This document shows, piece by piece, positions 42,831 to 56,599 of a stretch of 64,000 nucleotides of DNA. Positions within the stretch are counted from its first letter, which is position 1; each line of letters starts with the position of its first letter. The notes beneath the pieces are model-generated. The model was given only the letters and a program-made list of their open reading frames with translations, had not been told where the DNA came from and searched no databases. Source of the stretch: Octopus vulgaris (Eukaryota); the NCBI GenBank assembly GCA_951406725.2, contig OX597816.1:88474001-88538000 (forward strand). Reading direction: 5' to 3'. A program made the position numbers and the translations under genes.

Positions 42831-43430
42831 CACGCACACACATACACACACAAATGTTGCACACATACACAGACCCATACACACACACACACTCCACACT
42901 GAACTCTAAAACCACTGAACCATGACAGACTAGCACAGAAACCAAAAATCCTTTTGATTCCACGATCTATGTGAATGCATTTCCCCACCAACCATCCTGG
43001 CCAAACACCCATACAAGACTGGAGATGAAGGAAAAAGTTTGGTCATTCCCCTAAAATTCTGTATAAATACTTAAATATGATTTCTGATGATGTTGTGACT
43101 AAGCAATACACGCTTTCTTCTATCAAATACTGTCTACAAATTCTCTCTGTATATATAATTCTATAGAATCATGATTTTTGATGAACTTATAAATAATTAT
43201 TAATTTATTTGACTACCTATTTTGAACATTTTAATGTAAAGTCTTTAAACAAAGTGCCCCTCTTAATATTTGTTTTTATCATTGTCAAAGATTCTATTTT
43301 TAACATTTTCTTATCATTGTTAAAGACTATATCACTGTATTTTCATACATCTATGATAACTATTTTTTAACACAACAATACGAATATGTTAAAGCAGTTG
43401 GTTTGTCCTTTGCGTTTGAAGTCTATACAG

Positions 43431-43513
43431 TCATCTGACGGAAACGGTTTCTTTGCAATGATGAAATGTCTTCATTAGTCAATTAAAATAGTCGCTTGAA
43501 ACGGCCGTTATGA
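43431..43513 (+). ncRNA. Hammerhead motif with a large loop II, degenerate
   Basis: tcat-CTGACGG...GAAAC-GGCC-GTT-atga; stem I and the palindromic stem III are intact. Confidence 0.55.
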
Positions 43514-43555
43514 ATTGACCCCTTTGTATCTTTGTTACTGATTTACACACACACT

Positions 43556-43592
<37 letters not shown>

Positions 43593-43621
43593 TGTGTGTG
43601 TGTGTGTGTGTGTGTGCGTGG

Positions 43622-43810
43622 TTCAAATTTATCAAAAAGCAAAGACGATGACAGGTGTAGGACCAAGAAGCAAGTGCTAGTTTGACGCTCGGAAAAATGG
43701 AAAAGTCTTTTACGTTTCGAGCCTACGCTCTTTGACAGAGAGGAATAAGAGAAAATAAATAGAGTGAGAATGAAAACAAAAAAAACGTGTTGAGTTCAGT
43801 GGTCCAACAT
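43622..43810 (-). mobile_element. PLE pLTR copy, subfamily 1, with a hammerhead
   Basis: CTGTCAA-A-GAGCGTAGGCTC-GAAACGTA-aaag at 43706-43743; homologous to 9070-9255. Confidence 0.82.
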
Positions 43811-43813
43811 TAA

Positions 43814-44030
43814 GGCGGCGAGCTGGCAGAAACGTTAGCACGCCGGGCGAAATACTAAGCGGTATTTCGTCTGCCTTTACGTTCTAAGTTCAAATTCCGC
43901 CGAGGTCGACTTTATCTTTCATCCTTTTGGAGTCGATAAATTAAGTACCAGTTGCGTACTGGGGTCGATCTAGTCGAGTGGCCTTCTCCCCAAAAGTTTC
44001 GGGCCTTGTGCCACGAGTAGAAAAGATTAT
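43814..44030 (+). mobile_element. Full-length tRNA-derived octopus-type SINE
   Basis: GGCGGCGAGCTGGCAGAAACGTTAGC head, B-box AGTTCAAATTCC, and a ctttcatccttttggagtcgataaattaagtacc block (Nin/Deu-domain-like). Confidence 0.9.
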
Positions 44031-45412
44031 ATATATATAGTTGTGTTCATATAAAGAAACTTTAATCCATACTTACATTGAGGCGTGTATATGTATTTGT
44101 GTGTTTGTATGTGTGTAGATACATAAATAGTCGATCAAATGTTAATAGATTTGGGAGTTTCATCTTATATGCCTTACAATCAGCACAACTTAACATATAG
44201 AACATTAAAAATATCTTAAGTACATGTATTCTGTTATTATTTTACGTTAGGGATTCCTTATGTTATAAATAAGATCCCAAATCAGCGTCTGGTTTATACT
44301 TTTACATGAATAAAATGAAATATGATAACTGGACATATTTTAGTTATCACTGTAAATATTGTTCTTAATATCATTTAATATTGTGATAATTCAGCAATTT
44401 TCTGGAAGAAATGTTTCGAAATCTGTTAGATCAATATTAAAGAGGATACATAAATAGTCTAATAGTTCTTAATTGCTTGTCTTTATGCAAATTTACCCCC
44501 GCTCTTTTATAAGTATTATCGTTGATGCTTAAACCAAACTTAATTCAAAGTTCTCATTATGATGAGAGAACGACAACTCATCGGATGGATAGTCAAGCAC
44601 AATATATTGCGATGTTTCACTACATATTCCAACACTATCACTGCTCTAACTTATTTGTATACCTGTTGTAGTTCCTTGCTTTAAGGGTGTCGCGAAAGGC
44701 TTGGTTGCGGGTCGAACCTTCCAAGTTCTTTTACAGAGCTTAGTAAAACTGAAGGACCGTTTCAATAAGTGTGTGAACCTGAGAGGGGAATATATTGTAT
44801 AAAATCATTATTAACTTATTCTCCTGTATTTTCTTTCACCCAAAGCCAGGAAATTTTCACCACATCCGCGTATATACATCGGGTTTTCTAATAACTTTAA
44901 TTGACTTAGAAATGGTTAAATATGTGTTAAATGTTATACAAATTAATATCCACAGTCCAGTCAGTATCTTATTGAGTGGTATATTGATTGGTGTTCCATT
45001 TTATTCTATTTCCAATAAGAATTCCTGACTCGCTATTGAGGAATTCCGTTTCACAGAACTAATTTCTCCTTGAAACATTTGGTGCTATGACTGATGATTC
45101 TTCGACCACTTTTATTCTTGGGTTCCTCTAACATGAAACAATATAATTTAATTTAACTAAATATATATGACTCATTTTAATTCTTAGCACCAGCTAACCA
45201 AATCAACAGGATATTAGATTACTATACAACGAGATAATGGTTTGTATTAAGACTTCTTTTTCGTTTTCGTCCAGTGTCCATAAAGAAATGTGTATTATGG
45301 TTAACGTAATCGGTTGTTGACTTCAAAACAATTTGAAGATATGTGCTTTTGTTAGTTCTAACCAGTAAATATCGCACATGTGTAACAAATAATTAAAATT
45401 AATACTTAGAGG

Positions 45413-45578
45413 CATTTCGTCGGATTTACGTTCAGGGTCTGAGTTCAGATTCCGACGAGGTCGGATTTGCCATTCATCTTTCTGGTTCGATGAAATAAGT
45501 AAGCACTAGAATCGATACATTCAACTAGTCCCCTCCCCATAAACAAATAGAAATCAGGCTCTGTCCCTATAGTAGAAA
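45413..45578 (+). mobile_element. Degraded copy of the same SINE family
   Basis: gagttcagattccgacgaggtcggatttgccattcatc...tagtagaaa. Confidence 0.7.
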
Positions 45579-45590
45579 TTATTAATATTA

Positions 45591-45630
<40 letters not shown>

Positions 45631-45631
<1 letters not shown>

Positions 45632-45852
45632 GAGTGAGAGAGCAGTGCATGCCATCAAAGTGACACTGGGGTAATATATACGAAGCCCAGTATACATGAC
45701 TACGCATCTGATAAGGTTACACCAGTAACATGCATCATAACCATAAGTGCGCGACATGGTGATCTCATATTAAAATAAACAACACATGACCATGCAAGTG
45801 GGGCCCAGTTAGAATTTTTTCAAGCTGAGTAGCCATTCCCGCTCAAAATCCC
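45631..45852 (-). mobile_element. 3' end of a non-LTR retroelement ending in (AAT)n
   Basis: ...gatggcatgcactgctctctcactc followed by (aat)n; a second truncated copy lies at 62170-62207. Confidence 0.7.
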
Positions 45853-45859
45853 GCAATGT

Positions 45860-45860
45860 A

Positions 45861-45907
<47 letters not shown>

Positions 45908-45966
45908 ACAGGAGCTGCATCAGCATCAGTAATGGTATCAGCAGCAGCAGTAGTAGTAGTAGTAGC

Positions 45967-45998
<32 letters not shown>

Positions 45999-45999
45999 C

Positions 46000-46030
<31 letters not shown>
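45860..46030. repeat. (TAG)n/(CAG)n microsatellite
   Basis: Visible tandem repeat. Confidence 0.95.
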
Positions 46031-46031
<1 letters not shown>

Positions 46032-48339
46032 AGATGGATTTCAGCTTCAACCAGCGATTTTCTTTCGTTGTTGCTGATAGCTTTTGGATTGTTACGTTCT
46101 CCCATAATTTTGCTGAAATTGGATATTATTTTACTTGTTTGTGTCATATAAAGCTGTTTCAGAAGGAAAATTTGTTTTATTAAATTGACTTTTTGACCGA
46201 GAACAGTGTTTATTGACATTTCAAAGTTTGTTTTGCTTCGACTTCATTCACAACGGCGTCGGGTCAGCAAAGACTACCGAAAAACATTAAAAAAATTCTT
46301 ACGTTGCAAAGCAGAATAAAACAAAAACACCTGCTTTGCAACACTTTTTTTGAAGCACATGTTTCAAAAATGGAAGGAAAAAAAAACTTGCATTTTCTAA
46401 GAAAAAGATATTTTCGACTGACTCGCTGAACTTGTTCAGAAACAGTAAGAAATAGCAAATTTGAATTGAAAAACCAACTGCATTACTATGCTCCAAAAAT
46501 ATATTTAGGTGTAGCAAAGAGAAAATTTCTTTTTTATTATGTTATGTAAGAAAAATTATCTTATTTTGTATCCTCAGAAGAGCAGCTAAGTGAGCCACTC
46601 TGAGATATTGGGACAAGTGCCTTCCACATAGGGAAAAGCAAAAACCTGCGTTACAAGCTAAGCAACTTGCAGTAACAAAAAACGAGGCTTTGAGGCCGTG
46701 ACAAACCTTACACTTATAACCACTAGTGCTGTATCTGTAGCAGCACAGGAAGACTACTAGTGAAATGTCAGGTGCATATCAAGTGTCTTGAAATCCTGAA
46801 TCGTAAAGAAGTATGGACGCATAGAAAGTAAATAAGTTACAAAAATGTGGTCGGAAATTATCACTATGAACTTACACGTTCTTGTGATCACACACGTTTG
46901 TAAGATAATTCAGCGCCTACGCTCAGGAGTGGGGCTGAATTTAAAGTAATGTAAGTGACAGTGGAAGGAAGAACCCCGGCTTGTAGAATATCACGCAAGA
47001 TCTTTCAGCTCTGAACAGCTGGGGAAGCGGCCAATGAATAAACAGTTTTCGGAGTCTACTACTTCATTTGCACTAACAGTCGAACCACCGGCTACAGGTA
47101 AACGAGATCTAACAAATCCCGTTCACACTTGATTTCTGCGATCCCTTTCAGTTTTTTTTTTTTTTTTTGTAGAAATGATCACCTTGTCTTAAGTCACAAG
47201 CGATGGACATTACTGATGTTCCTCTCCAAGCAGCACCATACTTTCCACTCACATGGGCGCAATGGGTACGAAACGAAACCTGAGAGATCATATAGTATAA
47301 TATGGACGCCAGCCTTCACAGAATGCCTCAATGAAATGGCAGACGACCTCTGAATTCTGGAAATAAAACAGTTTTGCAGTTATTTGAATCCATGACAAAA
47401 GCCTGATTGAGTTATTGTTCAACCATGAGTTTACTTGGTGAATCAATATATTGATGGAAGAGAACTTAGTACAATATAATTTGAACAGACATCAAACAGA
47501 ATACTGATATAATATTGATCAAAACCACAAGAGAGTCTTTCGAAAAAAGAAAATATTACTTGTCAGAAAATGAAGGATCTTTCAAGTATATAATAATCCA
47601 AGAAATGATTACGGGTGACTTCGGTGAAACCCAGAGCGTATACAATGTCATGCGAACGACGAGATATTTTGAAGTTTCTAATTTGAGCTAATAGTGGGCT
47701 CCCAATAAAATTGCGATTTTTTCGTTTGGCACAATATCTTGGTAGAATTATATCTTGTGCGGACGATTTATTCAGCGTTTGATTTACTTTACCTTTTGAT
47801 ATTGTTCTGCAAAAACTTCCATTAGATGATGTTTTCTACATGACTAATGTTTGTTTACAAAACTGGTTACTTATATTCCATTAATTCTCGATCTATTTTA
47901 TAAAAAAAATCGTCAAGAAATTCTATTGAACGTTTTATTTATCTTTTGGATAAACTTCAATTAGATTGGATGTTAACCCCTCGATATGTTTGGATTAGTA
48001 TATTTTTTACAGCTGATTGCATATTTTTATAAGCATAGCAAGTTTGTTAGGTAGGTAAATAAATATAACTACACGAAAAACAAAAACAAGTATGGAAAAT
48101 ATGAAATCAATTTCAGATAAATTATTTTGTATTTTACGTAAATATATATATTTTGAGTTGAAATACAAGAGTTGAAATATTTTGAGTTGAAATACGTTGA
48201 AATACAAGAGCAATAAAAAGCAAACACGTAGATACATTTGTCTGAAGAAAAAATATATATATATACTTATATATACAAACACAAACACACATACACACAA
48301 ATACATACATAAATGTATACATACATGCATGCAGGCATT

Positions 48340-48429
48340 CATACATACATACATACATACATACATACATACATACATACATACATGCATACATACATAC
48401 ATACATACATACATACATACATACATACA

Positions 48430-48458
<29 letters not shown>
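48340..48458. repeat. (CATA)n microsatellite
   Basis: Visible tandem repeat. Confidence 0.97.
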
Positions 48459-48460
<2 letters not shown>

Positions 48461-49073
48461 TTCAATCAAATATGATGGGGAGAAGCTGCGCAAAACGAAA
48501 TGAAATTTCTTTCTTCAACATTACTTGCTGTAAGAAATGTAAAAAGCATTATGTAGCAGATAAACATATATGAAACTGAGCCATGATATCAAAGACTTCG
48601 CTTATTAGGTAAATCCGGTCTTCGTCTTCAGGGAGGGGAGATAAATATTTAACATTTCAAATCATATTGTAGGGAAATTCAAAGGTACATTTAAGTTTCA
48701 CTGCATTAATAATCTACGTAATGTATATAAAATTTCAATACTGACTGTATATATCTGCGAACTACATATGCCAATATTATGAAATAAGTCCCGAGTCCCC
48801 CAAAACAGTAGTCGGACCTGTAACACCATATCTACTCCCCTTAATTTCTTGTGTCTTCGTATTCTCTGTACGTTTGCTCTGTTAATAACTATATATCTAA
48901 ATAACTATATATCGTCTGATAATTCAGTTCATTTTTCTCATTATTTACATGTATACATGTATGTTTGTTTTGTATAGCTAACCCAAGCGGCATATTTTGT
49001 TTATCCGCATCATTAAATATATGTGTTTGTGAGAGAGGGTGTGTAAATATGTATACATCTATGCGCATGTAAA

Positions 49074-49127
<54 letters not shown>

Positions 49128-49904
49128 GTATGAGTGTGTACATATACAAATATACGTGTGTGTGTGTGTGTGTGTACATATACATACATACGTTTGTACG
49201 TACAAACATACCTATCTCATAATCACAGACAAATACGCCTAATGATTTTGAAACATATGGACACTTAAAGGTCTCTCGTTCGTTCTTTGACGGCTTTCTG
49301 AGCGGAAGTAACAGTTGTAAATAGGAAAGAAAAGAATTTCTTTGAAATTCATGCGGACTTACATGAAAGGCAGTTCGACACAAATATATCTGATTACACA
49401 ATATGAATCTGGTAAAAAAAACGAAAGTTATTATGTCAATCAAGTGTAAGCTGGGGAACAATTTCCAAGTTTCTTTAAACGAATAACCTGAGAGAAAGAT
49501 CACTCCTCATTCCGAGTCATTACATAATCTTTTAGGAGTATGATAATTTCTTATTATTTTCATACACAATATAATCACAGTTATGCAATCACATTAACTA
49601 ATAAACGACATATACACTTCTGAAATCCGGACGTAAGGTTTTGTCTGAAAAAACCTTGAGTTTTTATCACAGGTTAGCAATTTGTGCATGGTCGAAAATC
49701 TTAGCTTTTAGAAACAGTTCACGTCATCATATGATTCAAAGTTTCACGGGGAGTGAGAAGTTTCACTTGTTAAAGTGAAACATTGTCCATGTCACATGAA
49801 ATCATATGACTTGCTTAAACAGCAATTTCAAAGTTTAGTTGCGAAATGCGGCTTCTATTGTTCTGTCGGTATTCGATGTAGGAATGTCTTCCTACTTTTG
49901 CCAC

Positions 49905-50090
49905 AAAGCAGAGAGTGAGAGAAAGTTGTGGTGAAAGAGTACAGCGGGGTTCAACTACACTCCACATCGGAGCTTCGTGGAGCATAGGTGTTTTTGCTCA
50001 ATAAACACTCACAAAGCCCGGTCTGGGAATCGAAACCGCGTTCTTACAACCGCGAGTCCGCTGCCCGAACCACTGGGCTATTGCGCTTCC
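49905..50090 (-). mobile_element. tRNA-derived SINE
   Basis: GGAAGCGCAATAGCCCAGTGGTT (A-box)...GGTTTCGATTCC (B-box), then gtttattgagcaaaaacacc. Confidence 0.78.
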
Positions 50091-50534
50091 ATTGCCGCAG
50101 CTGCTGCCCTTGAACACGACTTTTTCTACCGTTCTTGTAACTCACTGCGTTTGAGTGTTCGCCCATGCTGCCATTATCGTGGTAGATTTTGTTGTTGTTG
50201 CTACCATTGTTGTTGTGTTACTGATATTGTTGCAGCCGTCTGTGAATTCACTGTATGTGTGTTTGTGTGTGTGTATATGGGATTCGCTTACATTGTTGTT
50301 TGAACCCGAGCCCTTTATACAGTTTTTTTTGTCTCTATGTTTTTAATATTTGCCATAGTTATGTGCATAAATGTATATTGTATGTGTATTATGCTGTTTG
50401 CCTCTGGGCTTTTTCTCCCTTCAGTCTTTAGTCGTCATGCGGTGTGGTGGTGAGTGTTATTGTTCCATTTCTGTTTTGTTTTCTGTTGCGGCTCGACCTG
50501 TCTATTGCTATGTGTTTAGCCTCTGTAATCTCTC

Positions 50535-50945
50535 TAAGTGTTTGGAACATCGTATCTAGTATACCACGTATGCTCGCAGACACATGTCCGTGGTTCAGAT
50601 AGGATAGTTTACCAGTGTGTACGGCAGTTGTTCCTCATGTCTTCTTCTGGTTGATAAATTTCTATGCGGGGATGGTCCCGAATGGACTAGCAGAATGTCG
50701 AAGCCTTCCTTGCGGAGGACCTTACTGGTGGCAAAGGTGGTCCTTTCGTGAAAATTGGAAATCATCGGGAACTAAGTGCTAGCGAGATTCTTCTTGCTAT
50801 ATTTATTTGGTCTGTATCCGTGTATGGTGCTTTTGACGGACGCTGGGTATCCGTTGATTCCAACAATCTTGAGGAACTGTGCAACCTGTGTATCCCGCGT
50901 GGCGTTGTCAATGCATCAGTTGTGTATACGGCTAATCTCATTTAA
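50535..50945 (-). mobile_element. Degenerate PLE fragment (thumb, linker and start of GIY-YIG)
   Basis: Minus strand reads NEISRIHN*C...QFLKIVGINGYPAS...CLRAYVVY*IRC. Confidence 0.6.
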
Positions 50946-51574
50946 CAGCAGCCGATTTTAGCACTGATGATGAAAGCCGACTTGTAAGGGACGAAGAAGT
51001 TTCAGCATGCTGCCTTTCGGTAGAACACTGTGTAGAGCCTTCCCCTTTCTTTGATATAATACATGAGTTAAGTGGAGGTGTAATCAACATAATCAGTAAT
51101 ATAAAAGTGAGCTTGGTATTTAGTTATGAGCGTACTGTAAGAGACGAAAAAATATTGCAGCCAGCATACTGGGAGCAAATGCAAACTGGGAGCAAATGCA
51201 AACTGGGAGCATTTAAAGTTGCAAAAACGTGTTCGGCAGAAAGAAGTTATATTCTAACAAAGAGACCATGCAAGTGCTTGTTTATTTTGTACGGGAGGTG
51301 GGATAGATTACAGAAGATGAGAGCAGTTAGAGCACCAGCGGAATGGAAACGAATGTGGCGTTGAAGCAAAGTGAATTGTTCCTAGACAACATATTTGTCA
51401 ATGTCAAAATTTGGCATAACGAGTAGTATTAGCGTTATTTGGTACGCCACAAATTTATCAAACCGTTTAACTCTAAATCGCTTTTCAAATGTAATAAAAA
51501 CATTCTAAAATCTCATTTAGGTCCTATTAATATTAATCTCTCATACTGTCTCTCATCCTTTGTGTGTGCTTATG

Positions 51575-51640
<66 letters not shown>

Positions 51641-51994
51641 CAAGTGTGTGTTTGTATGTCCTTGTGAGAATAAATAAATGTATGCAGGTATCTATATATG
51701 CAAAAATGAATTCATGCAGGTATGTATGTATGTAGCATGTGTCATGGCCAACTAGCAAGTCAAATGAAGGCTGATCGTTTTTTCATCAGTTTCAAAATTA
51801 TATTAGTTAAGCTGCCTGGTATAATCTATCATATTTTACATCTGTTATTTATTTATATATTTTATTAATTCGTTTGACACGCACGCAAACAGTATCATGC
51901 ACATACACGCATACATGAACACATACATACACACATACATACATTCACACATACATACTCATGCATACGCATACACACATATATATTTGAGTAT

Positions 51995-52040
<46 letters not shown>

Positions 52041-52934
52041 GTATGTATATATGTATACATATACAATATATTTACATATTATATATAATGTATATATATA
52101 TAATAGAGTATATATATATGTATATATATACATACTATATATTATGTGTGTATAAATGAATGTATACGTTAATATAAGCAAAGTCACTACATGCACACAC
52201 CAAAAATCTTTCTCACTCCTTCACCCTCTATTATTTTTAACTCTTTCATAAACATTTTTGTTTGTGCATTTAAATCGTCCTTTTTTTACATTCACCACTA
52301 CCTTGTCTATCTTTCTCTCTCTCCCCCTCTTATTCTCAATGTCTCTCACTATCTCTCTCTCAATCTCTCTCAATCTCTCTTAATCTCCCTCTCTATCTTG
52401 TTACTATCTATCATACATTTCATAACCTGCTCGATTTTACTGACTTCGAAGTTTCCTACATATTATAATTCAGTAATCCATCAAGTTGTTGTAGACGTGT
52501 TTCTCTGCATCATGTGACAAGCTATGCATTTTGGGAGGCTATCCGACGCGTGACGCCATTATTCGTAAGACATCGAGTGTAAGAACATCAAGGACTGATA
52601 TGAATTATGCATTATCCAATATTTGTTGAGCATAAATCAGTTACGATTCTTTTCGGTTAACAATATAGAGTGTATCAATATGAGCAAAATTTGAGGCAGA
52701 CAGAGTTGGAGGAAGAGACAGACAGAGAGATGCAGAGAAATTGGGGGAGAAAGAGAGGAAGACAGATATAAAGATTATTTGCAGTATGCAAGTACAATGG
52801 CATAGATATATGTAAGCACGTATAAATGAAGATATAGAGCTATGCATCTAAGAATGGATGAAATAACAAAAATATAAATTTTATGGATACATGTATTCTA
52901 CGTGTGTTAATCTAATTTATACATCCGTGTATGT

Positions 52935-53008
<74 letters not shown>

Positions 53009-53683
53009 TATTCTACGTTTGTCATACCAAGCTATACATGCATGTATGTATATGTGTATGGATGGAAGTAAGTATATATATATGTGTGTGTATGTATACA
53101 TATATATATATATATACATAGTATCTATATAGTGTATATATATTTGTATGCATATATATATATACATAGTATCTATATAGTGTATATATATATATATTGT
53201 GTGCATATATATATATGTATATATAATACACACCCATATATACACATACACGTACATTTAGATATATAAGTAGATACATACATGCATACGAGCATGCATG
53301 CATGCATACATCCATCCATCCATCCATCCATCCATCCATCCATCCATACATACATACATACATACATACATACATACCTACGTACGTACGTACGTACATA
53401 CACACATGCACGATACCCCTGTAAGTATGTGGTATGGGTTTGCGAGTGTGCAACTGTGTTAGTATTTGTACAGCTCGAAACCAGTTTTGACTTGCAACAA
53501 TGCACTCCTGCACACAAGTGCGTGCACACTAAATCACATACAAATATATATATATATTGATATATGTTCTAACGTTATACACATGGGAATGAAAATGCAT
53601 TGTATGTATCATATATTCAAAGATCCATATTTATGAATATTTCTGCCTGTGTGTATATGAATGCATATATGTGTGTGTATGTA

Positions 53684-53716
<33 letters not shown>

Positions 53717-53829
53717 CTGTGTGTGTGTGAGTGAGTGTGTGTGTGTGTGTGTACGTGTGTGTGTGAGTGTGTATGTATCTATTTATATATATGCATATAT
53801 CTTTATCTATCTATCTATTTATCTATCTA

Positions 53830-53885
<56 letters not shown>

Positions 53886-54138
53886 CATACAGAGGGAGAG
53901 AGGTGACAGGGCGGTGACAGAGAGAGGAGAGAGAGGGGAGAGAAAGGAGGAAGGAGGAAGGGGAAAGAAATAGAGAAAGTTAGGAAATAGATTAGTATGT
54001 TTGTATAGGCAGCGTTACGAAGAAAATATGAGATGTGAAGAATATAAATCATGAAATACTTTGTGTGCGCACAAACCCAAGCTTATACAGCCACACACAC
54101 ACATACACATGCACGCAGGCGCGCACGAACTCACACAT

Positions 54139-54178
<40 letters not shown>

Positions 54179-54548
54179 TCTGTTTCTCCGTCTTTCTATT
54201 ATATGCGCACGCAGACACACATACAAACACACACGCATAAATTCACACTGGCTCAAATAAGAACGAATAACTATTCGGAGTGGATACCTTTGTATAGGAG
54301 CACATGTGGGTAAAGGTAGCTTCACACATATATTCACTCCCAAATACATATGCTATCATATATCTGCTTATATACATACATGTAGAAGCACATGTGTCTA
54401 TATATTTTCATTCACAATGCGGATGCATATACATTTAGATATATAGCGCATTAGCAAATGTGTGTGCAATGCACACGCATATAACTGCATCATACATGCT
54501 TGTTCATGCACGCATATATCAATAACTATATTATGTTTTATAAATATG

Positions 54549-54595
<47 letters not shown>

Positions 54596-54764
54596 TCTAG
54601 CAGTGATCTATTTCTAGTTAGCAGGCTGTAAACTTCCAAAGATAATTTTTTCCCTTAACATTATATCACTGTCATCAGGTTTAGTTCATACTTTCAAATA
54701 TTTATACAATGATATCACCGCCAAATTTTGGATATGAATACATATAAGCGTTCATATGCATTAT

Positions 54765-55050
54765 ATATTTGATGCAGATATGCAGATATATTCATATATG
54801 AATATGTCTAGATGTATGTCAAAATCTATACAGAAACGCTGATTCTGTTGCTAATGTATATACGTGTGCATATGTATTTATGTTGCATTCAGATGTGTAG
54901 ATATATTCATAGATGGATATGAGCTGATATATGTAAAAATCTATACAGTTACAATTACATATACGCGTGCAAACTCATATATGTTTGATGCAGTTGTATT
55001 GATATATTCCTATACGAATAAGATTTGGTATATGTCAAAATCTATACAGG
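54765..55050. repeat. Degenerate ~100-115 bp tandem repeat, 3 units
   Basis: tatgt[c/a]aaaatctatacag at ~54815, 54930 and 55031, each preceded by gatatattc. Confidence 0.7.
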
Positions 55051-55075
55051 GAAGATGCCAATTTTCGGTAGGTAT

Positions 55076-55121
<46 letters not shown>

Positions 55122-55249
55122 CAGAAATGAAGAACTAAAAGAAGGAAATCTGACAGAAAAGTGCATATAGTTAACAGTAGAGGTATGGTGAGATCAATAC
55201 ATGTGCGTTTTGTATTGTGATTTTTATCAAGATTTTTTTAAGCACCTCA

Positions 55250-55714
55250 CAAAATTCATGCCAGGTACTAATAAATTGACAATGCTTTCTTTGACTGAAA
55301 ATAGTTTCAAAGATTTCTGAATATGTGAGTAAATGTGTGATTTGCGAAATTTGTACGACTTCGCTAACCTCAATTTCTGGCCTCGTAAATTCCGCTATCG
55401 TAATCCCATAGTTTATTCTGTATGAGAGGCGATTTAAAAAGACACCCACGTCCCAGACTGCAACATCACGACCGAACTGGTGGCCAAGATTAAGGAAGTG
55501 TTTGAAGAACTTTCCAAGGACACAGGAACGCATACATTAGCTTTTGGAGTAGCTTTGAGGGGCCATGATGGAAGCTGAGAGCGACTACTGCCAGTAAACT
55601 GTTGTATCCTAGTCATAATCACGTTGATATAATTTTGAATATTTAAAATATTTTTACATTTTGATGGGATATTGTTTGTTCTTTTCCTTTTATGCAAACT
55701 CATACGTGTACCTG
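55250..55714 (+). mobile_element. Tc1/mariner-superfamily transposon remnant (C-terminal transposase + probable TIR)
   Basis: NFWPRKFRYRNPIVYSV* (WPP.SPDLNP.DY.VW-like), CNITTELVAKIKEVFEEL, LRAMMEAESDY; ends ...gtacctg. Confidence 0.7.
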
Positions 55715-55819
55715 AAGTCTGTAATTGCATTATTTTAATTATACATGTGTGTATTTACGTAGTTATGTACGAGTGTGTGTGTGAGAGAGTGATAGAGTTA
55801 GAGCCAGCAAGTGTGTGTA

Positions 55820-55852
<33 letters not shown>

Positions 55853-56599
55853 TTGTGTGTGTGTTAACCGCTCTACCTGATTGGAGGGAATGTACGATAG
55901 GTGTGATTGCTGAGCTTTTATGCCTCGGTAATTTGTATTCCACTATTTGTGTTTTATACCACATTAACCTTTAAAATAACCTAGAATCTAACTTTATTGA
56001 GTGTGATATCTATCATGTGTTTACCTTTTTTTTGTGAATTTTAAATCCATAAGTTAAGTCCCATTTTGTTTCTATTTCCTTCGATGACATCATTAATAGC
56101 AGTGGCAAGTTTAACCTCATTCATGCGAAACACAGTTTTTGAGTATCTGATATATAGGTTAAATGCAGGAGACTAAATGCAGAGGGAAACCCTGTAGTAC
56201 TTCTTGCAAGATCACATTCAATTTACATGAGTTTGGGTAGTTGCTGTAGTAAACGTATTTGATAGAAGGATTGTATCACTAGTGTGTATTTATGTAAATT
56301 TGGGAGAATTCTGTTCTCATCTAATAGAATAGCAATATCTCGGCGGAGTTTAATTCAAATTTATAGAGGCAAGTTAAATTGTTGTTACTGACCTTTATTG
56401 TGGTTCATAGAACAAGACTTAATTGAAATTTTAAAAGCGAGCTTAGATTTTTCGGATTCATCATTGTTATGCTTCCAATGATAAATTTCTACACTACTAA
56501 GGTTAATCATTATTGTGTATGGGTGGAAATTTAGAATGGTTCTTCACCATTAAATGAACAAAGAAGAGATATAGAATGGAACACAAAATGAAACCTATC

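Noticed and set aside
44300-45200. Possible minus-strand PLE RT remnant
   Set aside because: Only faint motif resemblance; not supportable without a profile search.
46580-47100. Histone H3-like or Helitron helicase-like peptide traces
   Set aside because: Matches are only 4-6 residues with stops and frameshifts, consistent with chance.
50020-50090. tRNA gene (also 25567-25640 and 43814-43900)
   Set aside because: A and B boxes are present, but there is no full cloverleaf and SINE body sequence follows.
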